Assembly: GCA_030248215.1 (NCBI GenBank)
Contig: JASANG010000443.1
Span: forward strand, 186,001 to 250,000
DNA: 64,000 nucleotides
Direction: 5' to 3'
Source: Enoplolaimus lenunculus
Lineage: Eukaryota
Shown here: in pieces, positions 50,877 to 63,226 of the stretch
Layout of the letters: each line of letters starts with the position of its first letter
How positions within the stretch are numbered: the first letter of the stretch is position 1
Program-made: the position numbers and the translations under genes
Notes under the pieces: generated by a model
Seen by the model: only the letters and a program-made list of their open reading frames with translations
The model's database searches: none
Told to the model about the DNA's origin: nothing

Positions 50877-51600
50877 AAAATTAGGGCAAATTTTAAGTCT
50901 TTCAGATGATTTTTGCAATAATTTAGATGTATAGCTGATTTTGTTAAGAGCGGGTCATGATTATTCAAGCGGACGCACAGGGAAATTGGCATAGTTTATA
51001 AACGAGCAAAATTTTTCCTATGTGTGAAATACCTTACCCCGAGACCCCAATCTTCACCCCAGTAATACTGACGCTATACTTTTGATGACGCCTGGGGACG
51101 TCCAATGCCACCCGGTGCCGTCCGATGCCGTCCATGGGCCGCGTGTCGTTGTCCGGTACCGTGCCGCAGTGCTCGTGTATTGAGACATGGCACAGAATAT
51201 CAATTTGCAAAAAAATCTTTTTCTAACCTGTGGCGCCCGCCGTCCGGCGCCGGACGACAAGTATAGCGCCACCTTAAGCGGATCGATTTTAAAAGCCCTA
51301 TTCAAACGTGCAAGTTTTTGCTGCGAAAACTTGCAGTTGCAACTTGCACTTGTAATAAATTTTGTTCAAAGTCCCGTTTGAAAAACATGCAGCTGCGAAT
51401 AATTCATTAGAAATCATAGCTAGGAATCAAGTTCACAAGTGTTAATAGCCATGCAAGTACAGTGAATTCATTGCAGCCGCATTCTATTTGCACCTTCCGG
51501 TTCTCACAGCAAAAACTTGCACGCGTGAATAGATCTTAAGAAGCATAAAATTATAAACTTAAGGTCTGCATTCGCTCAATGGTTAATTAAACCCCTTTAA

Positions 51601-51865
51601 CCCCTTCTCACATTGAGTTGCCTGCAGGCAACTCAGCTCTGTGTATATTCGTTATATAGTATATATATTGCACCGTGTTTAACAATTGCAACACGTATAC
51701 ATGGTACTAAATTACTATAAGACGTGAGAACCCCCTCGGGCTCGAGCGTCAAGCTCCTATAGCTGAGTGGTGTTGGTACACGCCTCCCACTCCGGTCACT
51801 GGAGTTCGAAACCTAGCATAAAAGTATGTCTCAGGGGAAACAGAAAATATTCATGTGAGAAAGGG
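51601..51865 (+). mobile_element. piggyBac-like tRNA-box MITE copy
   Basis: TTAA flanks on both sides; A box TAGCTGAGTGG at 51760-51770 and B box GAGTTCGAAACC at 51802-51813. Confidence 0.85.
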
Positions 51866-51933
51866 TTAAATACAGCAGTATTTTTTGTTCTAAATGAATA
51901 CGCACAATGAGCTTGACTTTGTCCAACATATCG

Positions 51934-52082
51934 GCCCATGTTACTTTAAGGGGCGTCCAGAGTTCTGATGGGTCCATAAAAGAGTAGGTTTAGATTCTGG
52001 ATTACATTTTTTGCTTAAGCTTACGCTTAGGCTTAGAAATACGCTTAAGCTACTGTTACGCCCCTCAAAAGTAACATTGGCC
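51934..52082. mobile_element. TTAGGC MITE subfamily 2
   Basis: TIR GGCCCATGTTACTTT / AAAGTAACATTGGCC with TSD AACATATC/AAAATATC; relatives at ~3100-3275, 21128-21305 and 56066-56568. Confidence 0.8.
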
Positions 52083-54246
52083 AAAATATCAATGGCCTAC
52101 AACTATTAAGTGCTGTACACCTTTCAAACACCTTTGTACACTTTTATTTCTGTTGCCACGTTTAATCATTTGAATTAGAAACATAACTTATTTCAAGTGA
52201 ACGCAGGTGTGTATATGTGCAAATTTGCATAACACTCATTACAACAATTTAGTGATAGATTTTCAAACTCACAAACTGCAACAATTGCGAATGCCAAAAT
52301 TTGCACAAAAACAGTGCGAACTATTAAGTCTAAAAATGTGTTGAATTTTGAAGCTTGCCATCTAGTGACTCGAACGGAAAATCCAACTATAACGCAAAGT
52401 GCAATGCAGAAATGGTGAGTCAGGTTGACTCTCTCCGAAATAGGCTCTACGGAACTACGCAAACGGAGTCAAATTCGACTCCGCCACGGTCAAACGTGCG
52501 ACTTAGTGAGACGAATTTGACTCTGGTTGAGCCGAATTTGATTCAGTCTGTGTAGTCCCGTAGAGCTTATTTCCGGGAGAGTCAATTTGACTCACCATTT
52601 TTGCAGTATGGTATTAGGTACCGCTGACAGTTTATACATTGGTTAAAAATAGGATGCAACCAGAGGTAAATAATTCCCGAGTCGGAACCGAGGCCGGAGA
52701 TCAACAAAAGTTGCCGAAGCCGGAGGTGAGGCGAAATTAGTCAGTTAAAATGATGTTTAATTTTTTGATTTTAGCAAATATCTGTAATGTGTTGTTAAAT
52801 TGTTTGCGATTACGCTTATTTTTTATATGAAACTCTGGCAATTTTTTTCCCAAAATTGTTCTAAAAGTTATAACGTAAAACGCGCCAATCAGGTAAACAT
52901 TGTAAAATTTAACTGCCAAAATTGCCGGAACCTTTTGGCAAAACCTGTACCGGAACCGGACACAGACTTCCGGTTGTACTACTCTGTCATAAATAACAAC
53001 ATCCGCTTATTCCTTGTTTTGTTGTTTGTAGTAAAAAAATGATATTTTTATATACATAATGTTGAATCAAATTCAGCTTACAACAATAAACCAATCCATT
53101 AGGCCATATTTTAGACAAACCTAACTTTAATAGCAGAAATGATTTTTGGCTTAAGACTCGAACTCTAAAAATTGTATGAGCTGCTAAAACACACTGCAAA
53201 TTCCAGTGAGTTAATTTTAACTCAGAATGAGTTGAATCCGCGCATAAGAATGTTTACTGTTAACTCAGAAATAAATAGAAATAAATAATTTTTTCTGTTA
53301 GTGATTAATTTACTTATCAGAATTTACAGTGAATGGATTTAGATACAGGCTTTACGGCCTACGTGTGGATTAGGGGCTGACCGTTTTTCTGCGGGACTGC
53401 CGTAAAGCTTCTAAGCTTTCGACTGATTTTTGCGTCGGCTTAGGTTTAAGTATAGGCTTATCCTTAGGCTTAGGTTTAGGTATAAAACTCTATTCTTATG
53501 TTTAGGTTTTAGGCGTACTCTGCAGAATATGCTTATACTACTATTGAAGCCCTGTTATATACATTGGCTGGCTTTACTCACTGTAAATTTTAGTGAATTA
53601 ATTTTAATTTAGAATGAGTAGAATCACTGAGTCTGAAATTAGGACTTTCAGAAATCAAAATTCTGGAAACATTGAGCACATTCTGAGTTAATTATTTTAT
53701 TTTTACGGAATTAAATATCAGCGCAGTGTGAATTAATGTTGACTGTTATTAACTCAGAAATAGCCAGAAATTATTACTAATACTCTCTCTGAGTTGATTA
53801 TTAATCAACTCATCTGAATTTACAGTGTAACTAGTGACGTATGTGCTGTTTATGCTCATCTTGCCTCACAAATTTGGCTGCGGGTCTGCAAAGACTGTCA
53901 TTACAATTGATTAACCCGGATATGTGTTTCCTTTTGTGGTAAAAATCGCCGTCCATTTGCGTTTCCGTTATAGAAATAACGAAAATTCTGTTATATTTCA
54001 GTTCAAAATTAGTTATAAATCACGTATATAAGTATATATTAGGTAATTTTTCATTACAGATATGCTGGAATAGTTCGAAAAATTAAAATCACTAAATTTA
54101 TCCAAATTTTAGAAGTTTGCACCTATCTATACAGTAAAACTGGAACGTCATACATACGTATTTTGAAAAGGATTCCTACATACCTAATTTGTTTAGAATA
54201 GTTTCATAGCACATGTTAACAACTTTAAATGAAAACTTTGCATTAA

Positions 54247-54509
54247 CCCCTTCTCACATTGAGTTGCCTATAGGCAACTCAGCGCAGTGTATATGCGTTA
54301 AATAATATATAATCGCACAGTGTTTAACAATTGCAACACGTATACATAGTACTAAATCACCACAAGACGTGAGAGCCCCCTCGGGCTCAAGCGTCAAGCC
54401 CCTATAGCTCAGTGGTGATGGTATACGCCTCCCACTCCAGTCACGGAGTTCGAATCCTGGCATAAAAGTAGGTCTCTGGGGAAATAGAAAATATTCATGT
54501 GAGAAAGGG
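54247..54509 (+). mobile_element. piggyBac-like tRNA-box MITE copy
   Basis: TTAA flanks; TAGCTCAGTGG and GAGTTCGAATCC boxes. Confidence 0.85.
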
Positions 54510-55379
54510 TTAAGCATTGTTTTAGGTCAAATATTGCTCTGAAGACACAAAACTTTTTTGATTGTGTACTTAAAATAGCGCTGTATATGGGGTTCGCGAT
54601 ATACTGGGAAAGCCTCGAACACGTTTTGTCCGTGCTGATTCGACGTCAACATACAATGTTACGATCTAAATAGCGGGTATAACGACAAAATATGGATGTC
54701 ACATGATATTGGCTTACAAATCACTGATCTCAAGCGATCTCATGTACAACCTCCGTCCGTTCGTAAACCTAAAGCTTTGAATGAGATATTAGGTTCAGAA
54801 AATATTAACAAAACATAGTTAGATGATACGCTAAGGAGCGGCAATCCGATATCCGTTACTGTTCTGTATACCTGTATTTTTAATAGAATCGGTGTTCGTT
54901 TCTGTTTCCGTTTTATAAAAATGTCCGAAATTTCGTCTACCTTATTTTATTAACAGAAAAATAAATCATGTTTTAAACTTTCTTGCTTAAATATCAGTTT
55001 TCCGTTTCCGTTATATATTTTTGACCACGATGCGTTTCCGTTAATATCTTCATTATTCACTTAAAGCCCAATTCACACGTGCAAGTTTTTGCAGCAAAAA
55101 CATGCATAATCAACTTGAGCGTGCAACTTTTGTCACAAACCAACATTGAAGTTGTTGCAGCTCCAAATTGTTCAATAGAATTCATTCTGTTGAATTTAAT
55201 TCGCACAATGCAGTTGCAAGTCGCTTGAATTTCTCGCACCTGTATTTTGATTGGTCAACTGGAAGGCATGTTGTTCAATGCTTCTAAATTAATTCAGACT
55301 TTTTGAAAGATGTTCAAGAAGCTTTAATTCAAATATCAAAGTTGTTTAATATTTTGTAGTCTACTGTTTCCATTTATTA

Positions 55380-55635
55380 ATTTTTCATCTACTTATTTTT
55401 TTATTTATTCATTTATTTATTTTGATTTATTTTTACTTTATTAATTTATTTATTTATTTACTTATTCATTCATTGATTTATTGATACTTTTATTTTATTT
55501 TTCATTTATTGATTTTTCATTTATTTATTTATTCATTTATTTATTTTTTATTATTTCACTTATTTTTTATTTACTTATTCATTTATTCATTTATTTACTC
55601 ATTTATTCATCTATTTATTTTTCTACTTATTCACT
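55380..55635. repeat. Degenerate (ATTT)n microsatellite
   Basis: Run of ATTT/ATTC units. Confidence 0.9.
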
Positions 55636-56136
55636 TACCACGTCTTCAGCCGTTAACCCAGAAATACTGTCCAATCTGTAAACTTGGCTATATTTCAAAA
55701 TAACAGCTTCTATCGTCGCTTAGATTACCATAACTAACCTGCGCATTTCGTTTCTACCCACGATGCGTTATCATCCGTTTCCACGCAGTGTTAATATTTT
55801 TCTATCTTTTATCGAATACATTTACCTTATCTCTTTCTGTATTTTTTCCAAGCACAACCTTTACCTCGTTTGCCTAACTGGTAAACTATTTTAGCAAGGC
55901 AGCATTGTTCGACTGTTTAGGTTCTCAAACCAGCAGCTGTTACCCGGGTTACATCTTTGCTTCAGATTATTGTCACTGTGTAGCATTTGTCGGCTTTATG
56001 CAATAATTATATAGATTTGGTTTTGCGATTAACGCACAAACAGTACACCGGTCCCCAAATCATTTGGCCAATATTACTTTTAGGGGCGTTATTCCTAAGC
56101 CTAAGCCTAAAAATCTAAGCGTTGCAAATATGTATT

Positions 56137-56366
56137 CACTTTAAATTCCAATGAGTTGATTTATCAACTCAGCCAGCGAGTTAGTTATTTCTGAGTTAAT
56201 AACAATAAGCATTAACTCACTCTGAGTTGAGTTGACTCTGGGTGAGTTGATTAATTAACTCAGAATGAACTGAATCAACTCAAAATCCTGAGTTCTGATA
56301 GTCCTAACTCAGACTGAGTGATTCAACTCATTCTGAGTTAAAATCAACTCACTGAAATTTATAGTG
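56137..56366. mobile_element. CACTG family A copy nested in a TTAGGC MITE
   Basis: TSD TT/TT. The neighbouring uninterrupted repeat unit (GCAAATATGTATTCCTAAG at ~56445) shows the empty site. Confidence 0.9.
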
Positions 56367-57529
56367 TTCCTAAACCTGAGCCTAAGCATAAGCCTAAGCG
56401 TAAGCCTAAGCATAAGCATAAGCCTAAGCCTAAACCTAAGCGTTGCAAATATGTATTCCTAAGACTAAGCCTAAGCCTAAGTCTAAGCAAAAAATGTAGT
56501 CTAGTATCGAAACCCACTCTTTTATAGACCCACCAGAAATCTGGACGCTCCTTGAAGCAACATGGACCAATTATTTGATATCATAATAACTGAATAATAA
56601 CAGGAGTGTTGCGAAATCTGCGGACCCCAAAATTCGTATTTAGTACTGTCCAGCAAGACACTGTCTTATTGAATAATCGTTAATGGTTTGTCAACCAATA
56701 TTTTAGACCGTTCAGCTGGTTTTTGCAATTAATCTAAGCTTCATGACGCCACTGGATAGTACTTATCATCTGAGGTTAATAAATATCTAATGGTACAATG
56801 CTGCAGACCTAATCATTGTCGATTGGCCTTCAGAAATATCTGTAACCAAATTAGTTGAAATAATAATGTTTACAATCGTATAACTATAGAAAATCAATTA
56901 AGCATTTCGTTAATAACATTGGCCAATGTAAAGATCAGGGGCGCAACGTTTTTCTGCGGAACTGTAATATTAAAGTCATCACTCAATATTATAAACGTTT
57001 TATAACTCTGAGCACAAGAATTCATCATGGTAGACCAGTCGTAGAATCGGATTAAACTTAGAAAAAGTAATTAATTTTATTCGAGTTTGAAATTTAGTAA
57101 CTTAACATACCGGAACCGGCTATTAATTTTTAATACTGCAAATGTCTGCACAGCAAAAATGGTGAGTCAAATTGCCTCTCTCCGAAATAGGCTCTACGGG
57201 ACTACACAAATTGAGTCAAAGTTCGACTCCGGCAGAGTCAAATTCGATTTACTGAGGTCGCATGTTTGACTCTGGCGGAGTCGAATTTGACTCAGTTTGT
57301 GTAGTCCCGTAGAGCCTATCTCGGAGAGAGTCAATTTGACTCACCATTTTTTGCAGTGTGTGAAGCACACTTGTTGAGTATTGTTTTTGGCAGCAAGCGT
57401 TGCAAGATTCAATATTAAGGAACTTCATAAATGCAGTAGGTACTAATGATAACAAAATTACCAATTTTCACACAAATAAAACTATCTTCATGAATTTTCA
57501 TCCCTATGCCTTTGTCTTGTTCTGGCATA

Positions 57530-58257
57530 CACACAAAATATATTGTCTTGACGTTTCAAGACTTCTACTTTCTTAAATTTTCAAAACTTTATGAACGGTA
57601 TCAGAAATTTGTGTCTGAAATGGATAAAACATAAATGTATTATATTCAAGAAATTGTCAATTTGTAACACATAAATTTCTTCGTTTCAAGAAATAGTTAT
57701 CCTATATTCAAGAGTTAATTTTTTGATTTATATTTATGACAACAAGTTGCTTCGTTTAAAAGTGTATATAAATAATCAAATTTCAAGAAAGGTTCAGGTT
57801 GAGCTCTCAGACGTCCCACGATAAGTTACGTCTTGGACGTATCTTAGGTTATTAAAATGGAGTATTCGGTTGAACTTTAGCCCGAATTTTGGAGTCGCTT
57901 CTCTTAAAAATCTTTATCTTGTAGTTCAGACATATATATGTCTATTTCAGAAATATTTGTCTTCATTATTCATAGACCAATGTCTTAAATTTCAGAGTTT
58001 TAAGTCAAAAAGCTTTAGATACATGTGTCTGCAAACTTTAAGACATAAAAGCCTAGAATTGAAGACATAAGATTGGAATCTGTATTGAGACTAGTGTGGG
58101 ATGTAGGTGAGCATTTTTTATCCGACCCGCGATTTACCCGCTGGTTTATCCGCTCGCTGACTAACTTAGTTAATAGAAGTTTGGCAAAGGGTCCGCGGGT
58201 AAAGTCTCACTCTGATTCAGACATATTTCTTGAATATAAGACAATTTATATCGCGTG
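57530..58257. mobile_element. CAC-terminated non-autonomous element with TTCAAGA subterminal motifs
   Basis: TA|CACACAAAATATATTGTCTT..AAGACAATTTATATCGCGTG|TA. Confidence 0.55.
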
Positions 58258-58349
58258 TAGAGACGGCTTGAAACAAAAAATACACTCAAAACGTCAATCA
58301 GAATGAAAAAGCATGCATAAATCAAACATAAAGCTCAAATAAAAAAGAA

Positions 58350-58595
58350 AATTTTTTAAGTAAAACCAAAATCAAAAATTTAAGTAAAAAACCAAAATAA
58401 AATATTTCATTTTTACGTAAAAACCAAAACAAAAAGTTTAATTTTTAAGTAAGACCAAAATAAAAAAAGTTAATTTTTAAGTAAAACCAAAATAAAATAC
58501 TAAATTTTTAAGCAAAACACCCAAAATAAATGTAATTTTAAGTAGAACAGAGTATGAACTCTAATTTTTAAGTAAGACCAAAAAAAATTAATTTT
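58350..58595. repeat. AT-rich ~30-bp degenerate tandem repeat just upstream of the SLC22 start
   Basis: About 8 recurrences of ATTTTTAAGTAAAACCAAAATAAAA variants. Confidence 0.85.
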
Positions 58596-58654
58596 TTAGA
58601 ATTTCAAAATGTTTCTCTAAAAAGCTGAAATAACGTAACTTATTTGATTCAAGA

Positions 58655-59488
58655 ATGCCGCAGTACCAGCTGGATTTAGAGAGCGAAATCGGCGGATGGG
58701 GAAGATATCAGTTTGCATCATTCTTTTTCTCAGGGTTCACGACTGGAATGGCTGCGCTCCAGATTATGAACCTTGTATTTATTGGATACACACCCAGAAA
58801 TCGTTGCGAACTGCCGCTTATTGACAACGGACACACTAATTATACAACCGGAACCGGAAACAGCAGTGTAAAAGCTGACAAATTTGATGGTGTTTTGCAT
58901 TTTGCTACAAATCCACATCTACTGACCGCTTTTTATATCACCAACGATCAAAAATCGCACTGTCGATACTGTGATCCCACAGGCTACTTGGCGAAAACAG
59001 AACACATCGCACAACAAATGGAGCGTTCTGAATGGTCGAAAAACGCAACATATGGAATCACACATTCTGAGTGGTTAAAAATTGCCGTTAAACAGCGTGC
59101 TGATTGGGCGAATAATACATCTTTAAGCGCATATTCTGATTGGCTAAACACTCAGGAAATTCTGCGTTTTGATTGGTCAGAATTGCTGAACGTGACGAGT
59201 ACGTGTCAAATCAATGAATCCAAAGCGTGCACCGAGCGTATTTATTCAACCGAACGTTTCTCACGAACTTTGGTCACCGATATGAGTATGATTTGCGAAA
59301 ACGCGTGGAAAGAAAAGCTGGTGCAATCGTTGAATATGTTCGGTTGTTTCGTAGGGTCATGGCTTGTCGGCGTTGCCGGAGATCGGTGGGGTCGTAGAAC
59401 TGTAACCATATATGTTGGTACTTTTGCTGTTGTTGTATATCACAGCATTATATTTGTCACCGATTATGTTGTTTTGTGTATTTTGGAA
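58655..59488 (+). CDS. SLC22 (MFS) organic cation/anion transporter, exon 1
   Basis: GGWGRYQ start motif, TM1, a large Cys- and N-glycosylation-site-containing loop, TLVTDMSMIC and GDRWGRR. It ends at GAA|GTAAGT (834 nt, phase 0). Confidence 0.9.
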
Positions 59489-59712
59489 GTAAGTTTCAAC
59501 TCATACAAATGTTTTGTATCAAAGTTCGTCAGAAAAGAGTACAAGACTTTGTCCGCATTCGAAATCGTGCGAGGCATCATTTGTCAGGAGGTGACATGTC
59601 TTACAGCTTTCGAACCAGTGATTGATAAGCTTTAATGCAAGATGCATATATGTACAACCGACACCCAGAGTGCAGTTGAAAATCGCATAAAATAAGTTCT
59701 GAGACGTTATAT

Positions 59713-60020
59713 CAAGAGTGCATAAAAAAGAGTGTGCAACTCTTGCGGTTCCGCATGGTATAAAATGTACCACCGGCCGTTGCGTTTTTGGACTGCCCTC
59801 CTTATTTATAGCGGGTCGCTGTCACATTCTGTAACCCTAAATTAAACAATAAGAGAAGCATTTTTGACGCCGGATGCATAAACCGTCATGGTTCGCACAG
59901 GTTATACCCCTCTTTAAATAAGGGGGTCGGCCAAAAATGCAATGCGTACCGGAAACATTCTTTCCTACACAGAATGGACCCAGTTGCATACTCTTGTTAA
60001 GTATTCATCATTCACTCTTG
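59713..60020. mobile_element. P-like MITE in the SLC22 intron
   Basis: CAAGAGTG..CACTCTTG termini, TSD GTTATAT/TTTATAC; homologous to the 17279 and 36970 copies. Confidence 0.7.
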
Positions 60021-60595
60021 TTTATACGAAACCAACTGTAATTGAAACTAGTCAGCCGGCTTTGCGCAATGTGCAAACGTTAGCGAATAAGCAGCAGTCT
60101 GTATGCGAATTTTCTTTTCACAAAACAATCACTTTTCTGTTCTAAGAAAATATTGTCAACAAAGTGATAATGGAAAGTTGCCCAAAATACGTATGCGAGG
60201 CATTCCAGCTTTAATGCATAGGTATAGATATGTGGTTTCATAAATGTTAAATAAAACTATGCGGTCAAACTTGTAATGCCATATTGTAAATTTTACAATT
60301 ATCTAAAGGTAAATTCATCGGCGCTTGTTCAAATGTTAGAAACAAAAGTATGCGAGTTCGGCATGTAGACGGTTTTCGTTATGGTAGGGTTTTGCTTAGC
60401 AATTCAAAATGTGACCTTTGCTAAAGATTTCGGTAGATTTCGCGTCAAAAAGTTTCTCGACTCTTCCGGTGGAGACACATCCCTAATTTCCTCTGTATCT
60501 GCAGGTGGTCTCATGTGGGAAATATAATGAGCAAAAATATTGCGGCGGTTAAAAATATGTAAAAAAATGGCACCCACACGGAACACGTCTGGCGG

Positions 60596-60830
60596 ACTTA
60601 GATATAGTAGCAGGCTTAATCTTAGGCTCAGGATTAGTCCTGGATTTAGGTTTAGGCTTACGCTTAAGCTTAACCTTAGGCTCAGGATTAGTCCTGGATT
60701 TAGGTTTAGGCTTAAGCTTAACCTTAGGCTCAGGATTAGTCTTGGACTTAGGTTTAGACTTAAGCTTATAGGCTCAGGATTAGTCTTGGACTTAGGTTTA
60801 GACTTAAGCTCAAACTTAGGTTTAGGTTTT
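60596..60830. repeat. Intronic TTAGGC-related tandem repeat (~40-57-bp units)
   Basis: Four recurrences of AGGCTCAGGATTAGTC(C/T)TGGA(T/C)TTAGGTTTAG(G/A)CTTA. Confidence 0.85.
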
Positions 60831-60931
60831 CGAATCAGGTTCGTTTCCGTGGAGGAAATTTTATATGGGGGGGCAAGGTAAACAAGGGGGCCTAGGACAA
60901 CTCCTGTGTGCACCTAAATTCAATTTTCCAG

Positions 60932-62635
60932 GTAATGGTTGGATTCTGCTGTTTTGGTATCGTAATGCCTGCGTATTGTCTGTTCACTGAGTATGTAGGA
61001 ACGGACCATCGTACAACACCGTCAATCTGGTGGCAGTGTCATTTCACCACCGGCTACTTAATTGTCGGAGTCGCTGCGTATTTGATCCGCGACTGGCAGC
61101 AACTGCAAATCGCACTTTCCCTGCCGACTCTGGTGTTAACGCCGTGCCTTTATTTGATGCCTGAATCCGTCCTTTGGCTTGTTAGTCAAGGTCAATATCG
61201 TCGTGCTGCAAATGCGATCCGTTACATCAAACGCTGGAATGGCCTCGATCACGCCGTGTGTCGCATTGATTTTGAGTCATCGTCATCAAAAATTACGTCA
61301 TCGTCGTCGACGACATCGTCAAAAATGACGCCATCGACCGATGCGACGAACACAAACATAACATCGCCACCGGATGTGACGTCATCAAACATGACGTCAT
61401 CGTTACATGCAGCGAACTCGACCGTGCCGTCGTCAGCGAATTTGACTGCATTAAACGTGACGTCATCGTCAGAGACAATTAACTCAAATGCGATGCCACC
61501 ATGCAATGTGATGGCATCAAATATGACGTCATCGTCGGCAGCGATGACTTCATGTGATGTTGCAGCACACTTTTCGAAGACAAACGCTAATGATAACGAC
61601 ACAGATATAGCGATGACGTCAAATGACGTTGCAGCATACTTGTCGTCAAAGACTGACGCCGATGATGACGACAGTCCGGAGCCTGACATAAAAGAGCTGG
61701 AGCAGGATGTGTCGGCATCAGCGACGCCAGTACGCGATCTGTTCCGACATCCGGTGATGTGTAGAAATTCATGCATAATATTTTTTGCATATTTCGCGTG
61801 TTCAATAATGTATTTTGGAATATCGCTCAATGTTAGCTTTCTACCTGGAGACGTATTCCTGGTCTACGCACTGTCTGGATTGATTGAAATCCCAGCGTTT
61901 GTGGTCACCGCTCCTTTGGTTGCAAGCGTCGGCCGAAAACCAATTATAATCGCCCTGTATGGTGGCGGCAGCCTTTGTCTAACTATTTCTGCGTTACTAC
62001 CAACCAGTCTATCGTGGCTCATTATCGCTCTAACAGGCGTGGGAAAAATGTGCGCCGCCGGCGGATTCAGTGCTACCTACCAGTGGTCGGCGGAAATTTT
62101 TCCCACGGTCTCGAGAAATTCTGGTATAGGCATCGCGTGTGCTATGGGTCGTCTAGCATCTGCGATATCACCCCTGGTTGCACTACTAGGCACCTACTAC
62201 GAACCGTGGGTTCCGTTCCTTATTTACGGTCTAATTGGCGAAGCGAGTGCATTGACAATGTTCTTGTTACCTGAGACAAAAAATACTACGCTACCTCAAA
62301 CTGTGGCTGATAGTATCGCGTTATCACGCATAGCGACAAAGTATCACGCACCACCCCAGCAATCTATGAGTACTACACCGTTACAGAAAGCCGACACCGT
62401 ACCCGTAGAAATTTTGGACGAATCTTTTGAAGGAGTCCGTTTGCCTTTGACCCAGAGTGAAAATAACGATGACGTCATCGCTGAATCCAACTTAAGACAG
62501 TCACCGGATGAATCGAGTGTTAAATTTGAATTGAAGCTTGATTTGGACGAGGAATGTGAAAACTTAGAGCCCAATAACGAGCAGAATAGCGGTTCCGGTG
62601 ACAAATATAGTGGCGCTGTGCGGAACAGGGTCTAA
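60932..62635 (+). CDS. SLC22 (MFS) organic cation/anion transporter, exon 2 (joined product 845 aa)
   Basis: Acceptor AATTTTCCAG|GTA, phase 0. Motifs TEYVGTDHR, RDWQQLQ, PESVLWL, GRK, AEIFPTVSRNSG and LPETK. Confidence 0.92.
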   Translation, partial: VMVGFCCFGIVMPAYCLFTEYVGTDHRTTPSIWWQCHFTTGYLIVGVAAYLIRDWQQLQIALSLPTLVLTPCLYLMPESVLWLVSQGQYRRAANAIRYIKRWNGLDHAVCRIDFESSSSKITSSSSTTSSKMTPSTDATNTNITSPPDVTSSNMTSSLHAANSTVPSSANLTALNVTSSSETINSNAMPPCNVMASNMTSSSAAMTSCDVAAHFSKTNANDNDTDIAMTSNDVAAYLSSKTDADDDDSPEPDIKELEQDVSASATPVRDLFRHPVMCRNSCIIFFAYFACSIMYFGISLNVSFLPGDVFLVYALSGLIEIPAFVVTAPLVASVGRKPIIIALYGGGSLCLTISALLPTSLSWLIIALTGVGKMCAAGGFSATYQWSAEIFPTVSRNSGIGIACAMGRLASAISPLVALLGTYYEPWVPFLIYGLIGEASALTMFLLPETKNTTLPQTVADSIALSRIATKYHAPPQQSMSTTPLQKADTVPVEILDESFEGVRLPLTQSENNDDVIAESNLRQSPDESSVKFELKLDLDEECENLEPNNEQNSGSGDKYSGAVRNRV

Positions 62636-62685
62636 CATTGTCGTTGAATAAGAGCATCGGTGTCTGAGTGGTGTATAGAATTGTG

Positions 62686-62838
62686 GGCCCATGTATAGAA
62701 CAGGGCATGAACAGTAGTATAAGTATAGTCCTAAGTCTAAGACTAAGCCTAAGCCTAAGTAAAAAATAGTTTAAAGCTTAAACTGGCTCTGTTATAGCCC
62801 CTTCGGAAAACGATCCGGTCTTGTTCTATAAATGGGCC
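62686..62838. mobile_element. TTAGGC MITE copy 50 bp after the SLC22 stop codon
   Basis: GGCCCATGTATAGAAC..GTTCTATAAATGGGCC with perfect 8-bp TSD GAATTGTG. Confidence 0.9.
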
Positions 62839-62880
62839 GAATTGTGTATAACAAAGAAAACAAATTGTTTTGTAAAGAAT

Positions 62881-63226
62881 GGCTGAGTTTCTGAAACCCT
62901 ACTTAAGTACAACTTAGTACTTGTGCTAAGTAATTACTCAATCATTTTGTCTTTTTAAACGCATACTTAAGATGAGTAAATACTTATGTCGCTAACTACA
63001 CTTGATACACTACAAATTAACCGTCCAGACATACTAACCTTGTTCTAATTAAAATTGTCGATTCATACTGCCTCGTCAATATAAAGCAAATTTATTACTT
63101 TCTTATAATAACAATAGCTGGCATTTGGCGTTTGTTTCTGCTGGAAAATTTAAGTATTTGCGACTAAAGTAATTCACTTATTTATATCTTAAGTAAATAC
63201 TTAAGTAAGATTTTAGAAACCCAGCC
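62881..63226. mobile_element. PIF/Harbinger-like MITE
   Basis: AAT|GGCTGAGTTTCTGAAA..TTTTAGAAACCCAGCC|AAT (3-bp TSD), with internal TACTTAAGTA motifs. A related partial copy is at ~33845. Confidence 0.7.

Noticed and set aside
59489..59635. C-terminal part of the 326-aa ORF
   Set aside because: Read-through into the intron after the GTAAGT donor; SLC22 similarity resumes at 60932.
61249..61830. 193-aa antisense ORF
   Set aside because: A by-product of the palindromic TGACGTCA-rich coding strand, with no independent evidence.
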